This document shows positions 1 through 10,924 of a DNA stretch of 64,000 bases, in pieces. The stretch is taken from positions 96,001 through 160,000 of the IMG/VR virus record IMGVR_UViG_2660238657_000001, one strand, 5' to 3'. This DNA comes from a virus (taxonomy: Duplodnaviria; Caudoviricetes). Within the stretch, counting starts at the first letter, position 1, and every line of letters begins with the position of its first letter. The position numbers and the translations under genes were made by a program. The notes beneath the pieces were generated by a model that ran no database searches, had not been told where the DNA came from, and saw only the letters and a program-made list of their open reading frames with translations.

Positions 1-319
1 GAGGTCTTTTTAAATTACTATTTTCAACATGGACAAATTGTTCCATCTTAGCAAAATCAATGTTTTCTTCATAATATCTTACAACTTTTTTATCAATCCA
101 TTTATTGAATTGCGTATAAGGCTTATCTAATTGCTCCCATAATGCCCTACCATTAATAACAAAGCCTTCTATATCGTCTTGCAGTAATTCTGGAAAAGTT
201 TTTTGATATTTCATTATTAATTTAACTTCATCATCTGTAAATTTTATTTTTTCTTTTAAATCTTCCTTAGTAAATACTTTCACCTTTAATTCATTAATTT
301 TTACCGTTTTCAAAAGCAT
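1..319 (-). CDS. AntA/AntB-family antirepressor (runs off left edge)
   Basis: Manual translation MLLKTVKINE...INGRALWEQLDKPYTQFNKWIDKKVVRYYEENIDF resembles the AntA motif; AGGAGA RBS. Confidence 0.7.
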   Translation of the reverse strand, partial: MLLKTVKINELKVKVFTKEDLKEKIKFTDDEVKLIMKYQKTFPELLQDDIEGFVINGRALWEQLDKPYTQFNKWIDKKVVRYYEENIDFAKMEQFVHVENSNLKRP

Positions 320-422
320 CTCTCCTTTATTTTAATTTATTTTTATTTATATATTAATGTGTTTGGTAGCTACCCAACAAACATTATTAACTATTTAGTG
401 CCAATTACTTCCTACATCTACT

Positions 423-450
423 ATTATACGCTTATAGAATTATTTGTCAA
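423..450 (-). promoter_or_regulatory. sigma-A promoter
   Basis: TTGACA-N16-TATAAT on minus strand. Confidence 0.65.
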
Positions 451-525
451 TAGAAAAGTTAGAATATTTTAATTTATTTTTATATAAAACTAATATTTTA
501 AAGTAACAAAATTAAGCATAGATTA

Positions 526-1727
526 TTATTTTCTATGCTTATCTATTCTTTTAAGCAAATCTTTTTTATCGAATTTATTAGGATATAAAGTTTGTAAAAC
601 TGCAAACGGACTATTTTTAAAAAATGCACTTAGCGGATATTTAAACCCATTTTCTATAAGAAACTTACAACTTACATTATTCTTTATTTCATCTTCCGTA
701 AAATTGTCTAAAAAGTTCTTAATAGATTTTATAGCTCTTTCTTTTGTCCAATATTTTAAAGGTACATTATTAAAATCTTCCTCGCAAAATTTATTTGGAT
801 ATGCAGAATTTATAGCTTTAAATGGACTACAATTAAATACATAGTTCAACATTCCGTTCAAATTAAATTTTCTAAAAATATTATAACCATAATTCTTTTT
901 TATTCCTTCATCCGTCCATTGCAATTTTTCTTCTAACATCCATTTTACAGCCTGTTTTCCTGTATCTATTTTCCAAACCCTTGTGGCACATGACCAGCTA
1001 ATTCCCAAGGATAATATTTATTCGGATAAATGCTATTTATTAAATTATAAGTAGAACCGTTAAACATACTTTGGAGAATAGTGGTTTTTTTATATTTCTT
1101 TAATATAAAATGTAATTGTGGTTGTTTTATAGTTAAAATATCTACCTTTTCTTTTTCTAAAATAACTTTTATAACATCTATAGCCTTTTCTTTATTCCAG
1201 TAGCTAATAGGGGTACAACTTAACTCCCATTCTTGTACCATATTTGGATAAACAAAATTAACAACTGCAAATGGACTTCCTTTAAATTTTACACTAAATA
1301 AAGATTGTAGTTTATATTTTGGCAAAATATAACTACTCATTTTTTCTTTTATGTCTTTTATATTCCATTGTAAAATATTTTCAAATAAGTATTTTAAAAT
1401 TGTTACTATTTCTTGATTGGTTATATCTTGCCAAAAAAATCTAGGAAAATATTTTAAAGTTCCATCTAAAACCATATTGTAGATTTCTATGCATGTAGAG
1501 TTTTGTAATTTTTCTTCAAATTCTCTTTTAATTTGTGCTTTGCTTTTTGTATTTTTGTAATATCCAAAATATCTTAAAGCTTCTGCATAGCTACCATTTC
1601 CGAATCTAGTGGCAATAATACTTCCATGCTTAACTTCTCGTCTTTTAGGAGGTCGTCCCAATTCGTGTACCTTATTTAAAAATATATTTTTTAAATATTC
1701 GTCTGTATACTTTTGTTCGCTCGGCAA
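526..1727 (-). pseudogene. DUF4046-like repeat protein with N-terminal HNH-associated repeat, split by a frameshift near 975
   Basis: ORFs 966-1727 and 526-1008 share SPF..IN..YP / WEL..P..YW repeats; adding one T gives VPQGFWKIDTGK. Confidence 0.7.
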
Positions 1728-1797
1728 TAATAAACACCTCTTTATATATAATAATATAGTATAAATATTAATAAATATCTATGCACACTATATTTTA

Positions 1798-2958
1798 CTA
1801 TATAGTGTGCATGTCTACAACTTTTTCCCATAATCCAGAAATATTACGAACGTTAAGTCTATTGTAGAAAGTATTTAAGCTTGGTAGGTTATTATTTTTT
1901 AAAATTTTTTGAAGTTTCTTTGAAGATAAAATGTTTCGGTTATTATCTAAATATATTTTTACTAAAGTTTCTTTTAAAAATTCGTCTGAATATTTCACTT
2001 TCTTTTCTTTAATGTTTTTATTTGTTATTTTTAATCTAGGATCATCAACAATTAATTTTCTTAAATTAGTTATTGTCCCGAATCTATTTAAAATAATATG
2101 ATCACTTTTGTTGTCTATGCGTATATCTGTTATACTAGCCCATTTGTCTAATTTGTTACATAAATTAATATAATAATTTACTATTTCTTCCTTGCTTGTT
2201 GCATTAAATTTATTATATGTGCTATTTATATCTAATCCTGCTACCTCTAAAGCATTATTCCAACTGCCGAATCTATGTTGATATACAGCGGGTGCATATC
2301 CAAAATAGCTTGTAAAATCTTCTATACTTATATTTTCTTTTTTTAATTTTTGACTGAGTAATTTAAGCATATCCAACAATTCTTCTTTTGTCCTATAAGA
2401 ATTTGGAGATAAATTGGATTGACGTAACGCTTCTGTAAAATTACCAAAATTTTTTTTAAAAACAGCTGTGCTTGGAAAGTCTTTAACGGTAGGTACTCTA
2501 TTAAGTTCGTTAGCCTTATCTTGTATAATTTTTACTAACTGTTCTTTTATATCTTTGTTTTTGTCTAAATTATACGAAAATCTCGGACTAGGTTCTTTTT
2601 TATATGCATATTCTGTATTTGGGAATCCTGCCTTAATTAGAGCATTATTATAGTTTCCAAAAAGTTTTTTTATAATTTTTCCTTTCCCCAGTTCCGTAAT
2701 GGTGGGAATTCTATCTAATTCTTTAATTTTTAATTGTATAAATTCGATAATTTCTTGTTGCGTATAATTTTTTTGTTCTTTAGGTTTTAATCCTGCCTTT
2801 ATTAAGGCGTTATTCCAATTACCAAATCTGTAACAAGCTACTGCTCCAATATTACCAAGATTTCTTTTAGAAGGCGTTTTATTTAGTTCTCTAGCTTTTC
2901 CTATAATAATTTGTAGAATTTGTTCATTTGTTAAAGAACTTTTCATAAAATAATTCAC
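1798..2958 (-). CDS. Homing-endonuclease-associated repeat protein
   Basis: Repeated RFG(N/S)WNNALxxAG units. Confidence 0.7.
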   Translation of the reverse strand: MNYFMKSSLTNEQILQIIIGKARELNKTPSKRNLGNIGAVACYRFGNWNNALIKAGLKPKEQKNYTQQEIIEFIQLKIKELDRIPTITELGKGKIIKKLFGNYNNALIKAGFPNTEYAYKKEPSPRFSYNLDKNKDIKEQLVKIIQDKANELNRVPTVKDFPSTAVFKKNFGNFTEALRQSNLSPNSYRTKEELLDMLKLLSQKLKKENISIEDFTSYFGYAPAVYQHRFGSWNNALEVAGLDINSTYNKFNATSKEEIVNYYINLCNKLDKWASITDIRIDNKSDHIILNRFGTITNLRKLIVDDPRLKITNKNIKEKKVKYSDEFLKETLVKIYLDNNRNILSSKKLQKILKNNNLPSLNTFYNRLNVRNISGLWEKVVDMHTI

Positions 2959-3021
2959 TTCCTTATATGTTTATATATAAATACATATTATATTAATTAT
3001 ATCCCAATTTTTATAAAAAAA

Positions 3022-3051
3022 TAAGGTAGATAATAATTATTATCTACCTTA
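3022..3051. terminator. Intrinsic terminator-like hairpin
   Basis: TAAGGTAGATAAT...ATTATCTACCTTA inverted repeat with flanking A/T run. Confidence 0.6.
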
Positions 3052-3070
3052 AGAAAATTTTACTATTTTC

Positions 3071-3349
3071 TTATACAATATCTATGCTTACAACTTTAAC
3101 TACAGTGTCTAAGATATCCTCTGTTTGCTCTATAACATCGAATTCAAAATTGAATCCTTCCATTTCTGCTGTTTCCCAACAGAATCCATCTTCTAAAAAT
3201 TCTTTTGTGTTTCCATCGAAAATACTATCTGCATAGTCAAATCGACTACACATGTCGTTATCTAATTCTAATAACTTAACTTCTTTTCCTACGTATTCTT
3301 CTTTTAATTCTTTTAACATATTTTCCATTTTAACTATCCCCTTTACCAA
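3071..3349 (-). CDS. Hypothetical acidic protein
   Basis: ORF with GGGG RBS. Confidence 0.65.
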   Translation of the reverse strand: MVKGIVKMENMLKELKEEYVGKEVKLLELDNDMCSRFDYADSIFDGNTKEFLEDGFCWETAEMEGFNFEFDVIEQTEDILDTVVKVVSIDIV

Positions 3350-3818
3350 TTTTTACACTTTATTTTTTATCTTTATATTCTTATAGCTTTTGTATATTTT
3401 AATTATTAACTTTTGCTAAGAAAATATTTCTACTTTTGTTAAATTAAATATTAAATTTAAAGTGGAAAGAGACTTTAAGATGAACCTCTTAGAACTATTA
3501 TATTGATTTATAAATCCCAACATAACCTACCTAGGATATATATTTGATATGCATTTAAAGACTTTAATTCTTCTTCTGTTGGATTTCTTTTTTCTTTCTG
3601 ATACTTTTTACATTGTTGACAACAACCTTTCTGACACTCCCAAGACTTTAGTCTTGGGGTTCTTAGATACATTAACTTCTTTTATACTCTCATTTATTTA
3701 AACTTCAAATAAATTACAACATATAAATACTAGTTAGTTTCTCTAAGACTTTCACTAACTATCACTCTAATGAATGATTAACATTAGTATAAGGCTCATG
3801 TCTAAACCTATATAGATT

Positions 3819-5308
3819 TTATATCCCCATACTAGATATTATCTTATATCCATTTTTCTTTAATTCCTTTAATCTTTCTATCTCTTTGTCGTGTAATCTC
3901 CTAAAATTATCATAAGTTTCAATACATAAATCTCTATCTATTTTATCTAATTTTTTACCTATAACATTCATTATCAAAAATGCAGAATACATATCTCTTT
4001 GAATTTGAATATCTTCATTCCATCTATCTTTTAAGTCTTTTTTATTATATTCATCTGTAAAATGATTATATTGACTTGCTTTGCATTTCTTAGTATCTAT
4101 TTTAAATAATTGAGTATCGTTCCATTTTAGCTTATTGTCTAACATAGTTAAAAACATACTAGGTGCTTTATTAGCTAAAGATTTCCCGAATCTTTTCTTT
4201 TTATTAAATCTACCCGTTTTCTCATTAATAGTAGTTTCTTTTGTTCTAGCTTGTAATCCTTTATAATTCATAGTTTCTACTAAAAATCTATCGCCTAATG
4301 GTAATAATCTATTTATTAGTCTGTAATGACTTTGTTTTCTGATTTCAGTTTGTTTTCTTTGAATTTCTTTAATTTTATTTTGAGTTTTAATATATCTATT
4401 AGATTTGATCCATTTATCTCTATCACTCTTATTAATAGTACCATCTTCATTATATTTGTTAGGATTATTAGCACGCCTTTGTCTATCTAATTTCTTATTT
4501 AATATTCTTTTATGATTTTCTATGTTATCAATCTCAGGTGCTAATTCTAACAACTTAACATCATAATTACTTGATATTGCAATAGTTCTTGTACCTATAT
4601 CCAAGCCCACATTGCCTTTACCTATTTTATTCTTTATCTCACCTGTTTTATTATTGATCTTCATAGGTGGTATTCCTTCAAGAATTAATTGAACATAAAA
4701 TTTTGTTTTACCTCTTATAATCCTTCTAATAATTCTACAATACTTAACTCTATTTTGTAATGACATTTGAGCATATATATCATTAGCTTTTATTATTACA
4801 GGTACTTTCAATCCACTCCATATTAACAAATTATCTTGAAACCTAATACCCGTTTTATTAGATTTACCTTCAACGCTATTTAATTCACCGTATCTTTTAA
4901 AATATACTCTTTTAGCTTGGTGAAACATTAGTTTCTGAAATGAATTAAAAACTCTTGTTGCTATCTTTTGAGCTGTAAAACTATCTATATTATCTTTAAA
5001 ATGCTTTTGAATTGGTTTAACATATGTATGGAGTGAATACTCAGTTAAATCATATTTTTTATTTAATTCATTAAATTTTTTACTACGTTCTTTATCTTTA
5101 TCCATTTTAATTATATTCTTATATTCTTATATTCTTGCCTATAATCTTTTAATTCTCTTGTATGTTTATATCTTTTTAATATTTCACCTAAACAAGAGTT
5201 ATATATATTTCTGCTTATTTCTAGTCTTTTATTTAATATATCTTCTTGATACTTTTCTGTTTTTAATTTTAAAGTTAATATATAACTTGATGTTTTTGAT
5301 TTAGCCAT
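3819..5308 (-). pseudogene. tnpB: TnpB RNA-guided nuclease, frameshifted by an 8-bp duplication
   Basis: RuvC motifs GLDIG, LVE, QRD; N-terminus in 5111-5317; AAGAATAT x3 at 5113-5136 breaks the frame. Confidence 0.85.
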
Positions 5309-5325
5309 AGTATTCACCTCCTTTA

Positions 5326-5727
5326 TTAATACCTCTTTTTTTGATTTTCTACATATTGTTTTACTGTTTCACTTGATATATTACCTGCTGTTGAAACAAA
5401 GTAACTTCTAGTCCATAGACTAGGCATTTTTGATAGTTCTACAAATTCCTTTCTTAATTCTCTACTTGTTACACCTTTTATTTTTTGCATGATATCTCTA
5501 GGCGATAAAGTAGGCAAACAATTTAAAAACATATGTGTATGATCTCTGTCACATTCTATAGCTATTATTTTAATATCTAGTTCTTCACATATATTTTTAA
5601 CTAATTCTTTAAATCTATTTTCTACATTAGATATATCAAATATTTTTCTTCTATATCTAGGACAGAAAATAAAATGATAATTTATTAAACTTACGGTTGT
5701 TGATGTTTTTCTATATTTATTTTCCAT
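5326..5727 (-). CDS. tnpA: IS200-family Y1 HUH transposase
   Basis: YHFIFCPRYRRK, DHTH (HUH), LWTRSYFVST, catalytic YVENQ. Confidence 0.95.
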   Translation of the reverse strand: MENKYRKTSTTVSLINYHFIFCPRYRRKIFDISNVENRFKELVKNICEELDIKIIAIECDRDHTHMFLNCLPTLSPRDIMQKIKGVTSRELRKEFVELSKMPSLWTRSYFVSTAGNISSETVKQYVENQKKRY

Positions 5728-5861
5728 GTGTATATATTACCATATTATTGTGTATGTTGTCAACTATTTTATACACATTTTTTTTAAAACAATCTCTCGC
5801 ACAAAATTCATCCAACACCTAAAGGAGTTGGCTTTCTTTTGCGCATCTTACATTGTTATAT

Positions 5862-6167
5862 TTATTTTTGTATTAATAGAAACTCGAACTTGTCAGTGTA
5901 GTCATTGTATACAATCTTGTAAAAGGGATTGTTGTACCCTTTAACACTATTAACAAATTTTTTAGCTTCTTTTGCAAAGATAAGTGCCGACCTGTTATCA
6001 CCACACCACAAATGACCGTTTTGTTGATAATTTTCATCTACTGTAGGGATTACTTTCCCTTTGTATAATACATCAATTGCTTTTTGCTGACATGGTCTCC
6101 ACTCCCCCTTAATTTTTTCAGTACCCATAATAATAGATTTTTTTGTTGTAATATAATTTTTCTTCAT
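5862..6167 (-). CDS. Hypothetical protein (possibly truncated by the IS)
   Basis: ORF with GGAG RBS and upstream promoter. Confidence 0.6.
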   Translation of the reverse strand: MKKNYITTKKSIIMGTEKIKGEWRPCQQKAIDVLYKGKVIPTVDENYQQNGHLWCGDNRSALIFAKEAKKFVNSVKGYNNPFYKIVYNDYTDKFEFLLIQK

Positions 6168-6226
6168 TTAAATACACTCCTTTAATTTTATCTTTTTGAT
6201 CTTGTATTTCTTAACCTTATGTACTT

Positions 6227-6255
6227 ATTATACCCTATAAAGTATAATAAGTCAA
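6227..6255 (-). promoter_or_regulatory. sigma-A promoter with overlapping inverted repeat
   Basis: TTGACT-N17-TATAAT; ATTATAC...GTATAAT. Confidence 0.7.
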
Positions 6256-6338
6256 GAGTTTTTTGAAAAACTTTTAATTTATTTTTATTTAAAATTCTTA
6301 TTTTATATTACTTTTTCTTTTAAGCTCTCTGCGTCTTA

Positions 6339-6611
6339 TTATTCTAAATTCTTTTTATATACTGCTATAGGTACGTATATATTATCGTTTAAATTGTGTA
6401 AATTACCGTATAATCTTTCATGTTTTTGATATTCTAAGCTATAACCTTTATTGGTCATTAGAATAACGTGCTTATCCCTCTCTGTATTATTACCATAATA
6501 CCATGTAACAAGTGTGCATTTGAATATATAATCCTTATGTTCACTTACCATTAACAATCCTTCCTTATTAACTTTTTCTTGAATTTTTAATGCAATTTTT
6601 CTATTTAACAT
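6339..6611 (-). CDS. Hypothetical protein
   Basis: ORF with GGAGG RBS. Confidence 0.7.
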   Translation of the reverse strand: MLNRKIALKIQEKVNKEGLLMVSEHKDYIFKCTLVTWYYGNNTERDKHVILMTNKGYSLEYQKHERLYGNLHNLNDNIYVPIAVYKKNLE

Positions 6612-6701
6612 TTATATATCCTCCTTTATTTTTAAATTTTCTATAAAGTACACTAATATTAGAAACTTACATTAATGCACTTTAACAAAATTTAAAAATC
6701 G

Positions 6702-6932
6702 TTAACTATTTAATTCTTCAAACTCTATAATTCTTTCTATAGCTTCAATTGCACCGTTGAGTTTTGCCATTTTTACAGAATATTTATTGTAAGACTGACC
6801 TATATTTGCAACTACTTCAGGGCTGTCAATTCCGTTTGATAATTCTTTTGCAAGATTGCAATATTCTTTATTGAGATTATCCAATTTAACAACATAACTA
6901 TTTTGAATTTTTCTCAGATTTTTTATATCCAT
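6702..6932 (-). CDS. Hypothetical protein
   Basis: ORF with GGGGG RBS. Confidence 0.65.
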   Translation of the reverse strand: MDIKNLRKIQNSYVVKLDNLNKEYCNLAKELSNGIDSPEVVANIGQSYNKYSVKMAKLNGAIEAIERIIEFEELNS

Positions 6933-6962
6933 AAATTCTACCCCCTAAAACCATTGAGTGGT

Positions 6963-7202
6963 TTATATCTCCAAATATTGACTCATGAAACATACACCAA
7001 ATTTATCTTCAAAATTGTGTAAAATACTTTTAATTTCAAATATGATATTGTTTCCCGAACTTATATCCTCCAAAGATATTATACATTTCTTTATTTCCTT
7101 AGTATCTTTGTTAAATCCTCTTAATTGTATCATATTTATATCAACTACTTCATTTTCTTCAAACATAGCTATTAATTCTTTTTTTAATTTTTGAATAGTC
7201 AT
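6963..7202 (-). CDS. Hypothetical protein
   Basis: ORF with GGAGG RBS. Confidence 0.7.
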   Translation of the reverse strand: MTIQKLKKELIAMFEENEVVDINMIQLRGFNKDTKEIKKCIISLEDISSGNNIIFEIKSILHNFEDKFGVCFMSQYLEI

Positions 7203-7223
7203 ATATAGCCTCCATAAATGAAA

Positions 7224-7778
7224 TTACTTCTCTTTAATAATTTCCTTTAGTGTATTTTTAAAACGTTGTATAGTATTAGCTATACTAGTATTATTCCATT
7301 CGTACCATTGTTTTACTTTTGTAAAATCTTTTTCTAATACTCTTACCTTCCTATTGTAGCCTACATTTACATCCCTGTATAGTTTTAAAAGTTCCTCGGT
7401 TTCTTTGAAAGAATTCACATCTTCCATTTTCGATTTAAAGGAGTCAAAGGCTTTATCTACCTTATCCACCTTATAATTATCAAGTTCTTGCTTTTCTTTT
7501 TCTAATTTTTGAATAGACTCTTGGTATCTACTTTCAATTTCCTTTTGTCTTTTGTCTTGTCTCTCTAATATTTCTTTTATTTCATTTATTAATTGTTCTT
7601 TCTCATAAACCTCGTGTTTATTTTTAACTATTACATCATTGTAATAGTTTTTTGTATCGTTGCAATAGGTTATCGCTTCTTCTATTACAACTTTGTCTTG
7701 CTGTCCTTTTAAATCTCCTATTCTATAACCACTATGGATGTAATTCTCCTGATCTATATAGTATACTTTATTACACAT
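7224..7778 (-). CDS. Hypothetical coiled-coil protein
   Basis: ORF with GGAGG RBS, heptad-rich. Confidence 0.7.
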   Translation of the reverse strand: MCNKVYYIDQENYIHSGYRIGDLKGQQDKVVIEEAITYCNDTKNYYNDVIVKNKHEVYEKEQLINEIKEILERQDKRQKEIESRYQESIQKLEKEKQELDNYKVDKVDKAFDSFKSKMEDVNSFKETEELLKLYRDVNVGYNRKVRVLEKDFTKVKQWYEWNNTSIANTIQRFKNTLKEIIKEK

Positions 7779-7885
7779 TGACTTTTATCCCTCCAGATAT
7801 TCATTTCTTAATAATATTATATCATATTAATTAAATTAAATCAAGTTATATTTTAATTTAATTTCATTAATATAAAAGTTGAATT

Positions 7886-8182
7886 TTATATACATTCTTG
7901 CATTTGAACACCGTTTGGAATATCTGAATTTATAATAAAATTATTAAAACAACCACTTACGATACCCTTAATATTATTTGGTAAATCAGATTTATTAACC
8001 TTTACACTGTTGTTATAAATCAACAGTATATATCCACCTTGTTTACGTTCTTCTATAGATATTTTTAGATTATAAAATTTATCTCTATTAAAAATCTTTT
8101 GAACAAGGTTCTCATCATTATTTAATATTTTTGTAAAAAACTCCTTTTCGTTGTATCTATATATAGCTTTTTTCATTTTCAA
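7886..8182 (-). CDS. Hypothetical protein
   Basis: ORF with GAGGAG RBS. Confidence 0.65.
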   Translation of the reverse strand: MKMKKAIYRYNEKEFFTKILNNDENLVQKIFNRDKFYNLKISIEERKQGGYILLIYNNSVKVNKSDLPNNIKGIVSGCFNNFIINSDIPNGVQMQECI

Positions 8183-8221
8183 ACACTCCTCTAATTTATT
8201 ATATTTAATTTATTTTTTAAT

Positions 8222-8776
8222 CTAAATGTAACAAAACTTATTTATTATATCTGCTGCATTATCTCCATATATTTCTTTTATTAATTCTTTACAACTTAGA
8301 TTATCATACTGCATACTATAACCATTCATAGAATTACGTATATGACTATCTAACTTTACTAGATCCAATCTTATAGTATTACATATTCCTAATACGAACT
8401 CATCCACAAAGCTCCAGAAGTTTATATTAAATATTTTATCAAACTTTTCTATATTGTTATAGAATTCTTTTTTAGTTAATTTATTTTTAAACTTTTGTTC
8501 TAACTCTTGTATATATTCCTTATCGTTATTAAAATTTTCTTGTATTAATTGTAGATTTTCTTTTAACAACTTATTTAATTCATTTTCATTTTTACTAGAT
8601 ATTAAACTCATACCAGTTTTAACATCTGTTACGCTGTAAATTTTAACTTTGTTATTACTTTGTTTATCCTTATATATGTAACTACATTTTATTAAATCTC
8701 TATCAATATCTTTAAATTTAAATGGCTCTCCTTCAACTTCTTGTTTCCAGTTTGAAAAATTAATATAATATTTCAT
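8222..8776 (-). CDS. Hypothetical protein
   Basis: ORF with AGGAG RBS; promoter TTTACA-N17-TATAAT at 8811-8839. Confidence 0.7.
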   Translation of the reverse strand: MKYYINFSNWKQEVEGEPFKFKDIDRDLIKCSYIYKDKQSNNKVKIYSVTDVKTGMSLISSKNENELNKLLKENLQLIQENFNNDKEYIQELEQKFKNKLTKKEFYNNIEKFDKIFNINFWSFVDEFVLGICNTIRLDLVKLDSHIRNSMNGYSMQYDNLSCKELIKEIYGDNAADIINKFCYI

Positions 8777-8930
8777 GTTTTTATATCTCCTTTTATTAAT
8801 TTGTAATATAATTATACCTCTTAAGCAATAAAATGTAAAGTGTTTTGTATATATAATTTAATTTATTTATATATACGAGTGTTCTTCATAGTTTAAATAA
8901 AAAATAAAAATATATATCGCCCTTCTTTTG

Positions 8931-9025
8931 GTTCTTTTCTTGGGCGTGGTCGGAACATAGTTTAGAGATACTAGCACTTTAGTGCGTGTATCTCTTTTGT
9001 TCCGAGATGGTATCAAGAAAAGAAC
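8931..9025. repeat. 95-nt imperfect inverted repeat
   Basis: GTTCTTTTCTTG/CAAGAAAAGAAC, TCGGAACA/TGTTCCGA, AGAGATAC/GTATCTCT, GCACT/AGTGC. Confidence 0.85.
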
Positions 9026-9166
9026 GGTTTTTGTGTTTAGTATATATAAATAATATAAATTAATTGTAATTATTGTTTTAAGCTAATTTTAATCTAAACC
9101 CTTGATTTATAAAGGTTTAAGAGGTTATTTACTACTTTCAACTTCACACCACATTTTAATTATATT

Positions 9167-10426
9167 TTATATATTATAATCCAACCAATCTAATAATAAT
9201 TTTCTCATTCTTGCAGATGGTATATATAAATTAATAGGCTGTTTAACTCTTATTGCACTTCTAAATAACCACTGCAAAAGCTCAGATAATGCCCAAATAT
9301 CTTCATTAACATTTATTCCTTTATCCTCAAAAAATCCTCTATCAATTGGATTTAAAAATCTATTAACTAGATAAGAACAACAATTTTTATGTACATATTC
9401 ATTCGTTGATCTTGAATTGACTGGAATAAACCCTCTTGTATATCCTTTACCTGTTAAAGCCAATCTAATAGTATCTTTTTTACCTTCATTCCCTTTTAAG
9501 GTAGTCCACATATTAAACTTACTTTTAGAATTAATTATATTATTAAAATAATTATATGTATGATTTTTTAAAATAGTTATATTTTTATTCCTTAATGCTT
9601 TAGTCAACCAACTTTTAGATAATGAATAAGTATCATCACCTATGGAATTTAAATTACCTTCATATATATTTATAAGATTTTTATAAATTTCTCTATTATC
9701 TAATTTTATATTATAATCACATAGTTCATATGTATTTGTACCATCTTTTAATTTAACAGAAAAATATTTATATTTAATATTATACATATCAAAATAATAT
9801 TTCTGGAGCTGTCCATCAAACATATATGTAAGATTAAATACCTCCTTGAATGATTTAAAAACTTCGATTGGGAAAGTCCAAACCAACAATATTTTATTTT
9901 TGGTGTCGCTACTTCTGGTATGTAAATATAAATTATTGCTATCTGCAAGAGTTTTAAGTTTATGAAATTTTCCTGTATACTCAGGATCAGTCCACATAAT
10001 TTTATTTGTACCTATTTCAACTTTAATTTTATTTTGACTAACTAACATATTCCAATCATCGTTAGATATAATTAAATTTTCAGTGACGTTTATTACCTCA
10101 TCTAAAATTAGAGTATAATTGTTATATTTAATTTTATCTAATATATCCGTATTGATTCGAGTAAATAAATTATGTGTACTTACAATATTTTTTCCTTGTG
10201 TAAGTAGATTTTCAAAATCTTTATACTTAGAACCCTCCCCTCCTGCAAGAGTTGGTTCGTAAAATTTTCTAGTGGTCACACTCTTTTTAACCCTATCAAC
10301 TTCTTTCAAAAATGGTGTAATATAGATAAATTTATTTTCAATAACATTACTATTATTCATCATTTGTATTGCATATTGAGTTTTACCCGCTCCGCATATA
10401 GCATCTATTATGTTTATTTTACTCAT
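9167..10426 (-). CDS. SF2 (DEAD/DEAH-like) helicase-family protein
   Basis: Walker A GAGKT, Walker B LILDE, C-terminal QWLFRSAIR motif. Confidence 0.75.
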   Translation of the reverse strand: MSKINIIDAICGAGKTQYAIQMMNNSNVIENKFIYITPFLKEVDRVKKSVTTRKFYEPTLAGGEGSKYKDFENLLTQGKNIVSTHNLFTRINTDILDKIKYNNYTLILDEVINVTENLIISNDDWNMLVSQNKIKVEIGTNKIMWTDPEYTGKFHKLKTLADSNNLYLHTRSSDTKNKILLVWTFPIEVFKSFKEVFNLTYMFDGQLQKYYFDMYNIKYKYFSVKLKDGTNTYELCDYNIKLDNREIYKNLINIYEGNLNSIGDDTYSLSKSWLTKALRNKNITILKNHTYNYFNNIINSKSKFNMWTTLKGNEGKKDTIRLALTGKGYTRGFIPVNSRSTNEYVHKNCCSYLVNRFLNPIDRGFFEDKGINVNEDIWALSELLQWLFRSAIRVKQPINLYIPSARMRKLLLDWLDYNI

Positions 10427-10562
10427 AAATAACCTCCTAAATGTTTATTTTAATTTAATTTTACAGTTTAAAACCTTAACACACCAATTCTATCACCTCC
10501 TTAAACTGTCGTTAAAAGGTAGCTTTTATGGCTTATAAGCTACCTTTTGGATTATTTATATT

Positions 10563-10844
10563 TTATTCCACTCCTGATTCAAGCATACTTAATTCTTGTA
10601 AGATGTCCGTTTTTCTCGAATCTGCATAAGTAGTATTTTTATTTTCTAATTTTAAAAGTTCTTTTTTTAGTTGTATCCAATTTTCTAAACTAGTCAAACT
10701 TGAAAAATGAATTATTTTATGTTCATATGGATTTTTAGCATCTGGCTAAATATTATAAGTACCATTATTTTTCCCTTCTACAGTATCCCAACAAGCCCCG
10801 ATAATCTCTAAATTATTTGTAATTTTTTCTATTTTATTATTCAT
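10563..10844 (-). pseudogene. 93-codon gene with one internal TAG (10746-10748)
   Basis: RBS AAGGGG, promoter upstream, frame stays open after the single amber. Confidence 0.6.
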
Positions 10845-10895
10845 TTTTATTTCCCCTTTACCAATTTATTTTTTTATCTTTATCTTACAATATTT

Positions 10896-10924
10896 ATTAT
10901 ACTCTTTGGAGTATAAACTGTCAA
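10896..10924 (-). promoter_or_regulatory. Consensus sigma-A promoter with palindromic operator
   Basis: TTGACA-N17-TATAAT; TATACTC-caaa-GAGTATA. Confidence 0.8.

Larger units (their letters stand above)
3631..5844 (-). mobile_element. IS200/IS605-family insertion sequence (tnpA + tnpB)
   Basis: tnpA and tnpB; left-end hairpin CCAACTCCTTTAGGTGTTGG (5812-5831); right-end hairpin CCCAAGACTAAAGTCTTGGG ending ...TCAG at 3631; ends approximate. Confidence 0.85.

Noticed and set aside
10563-10844. Genome-wide amber recoding
   Set aside because: TAG terminates several clear genes here and no suppressor tRNA is visible
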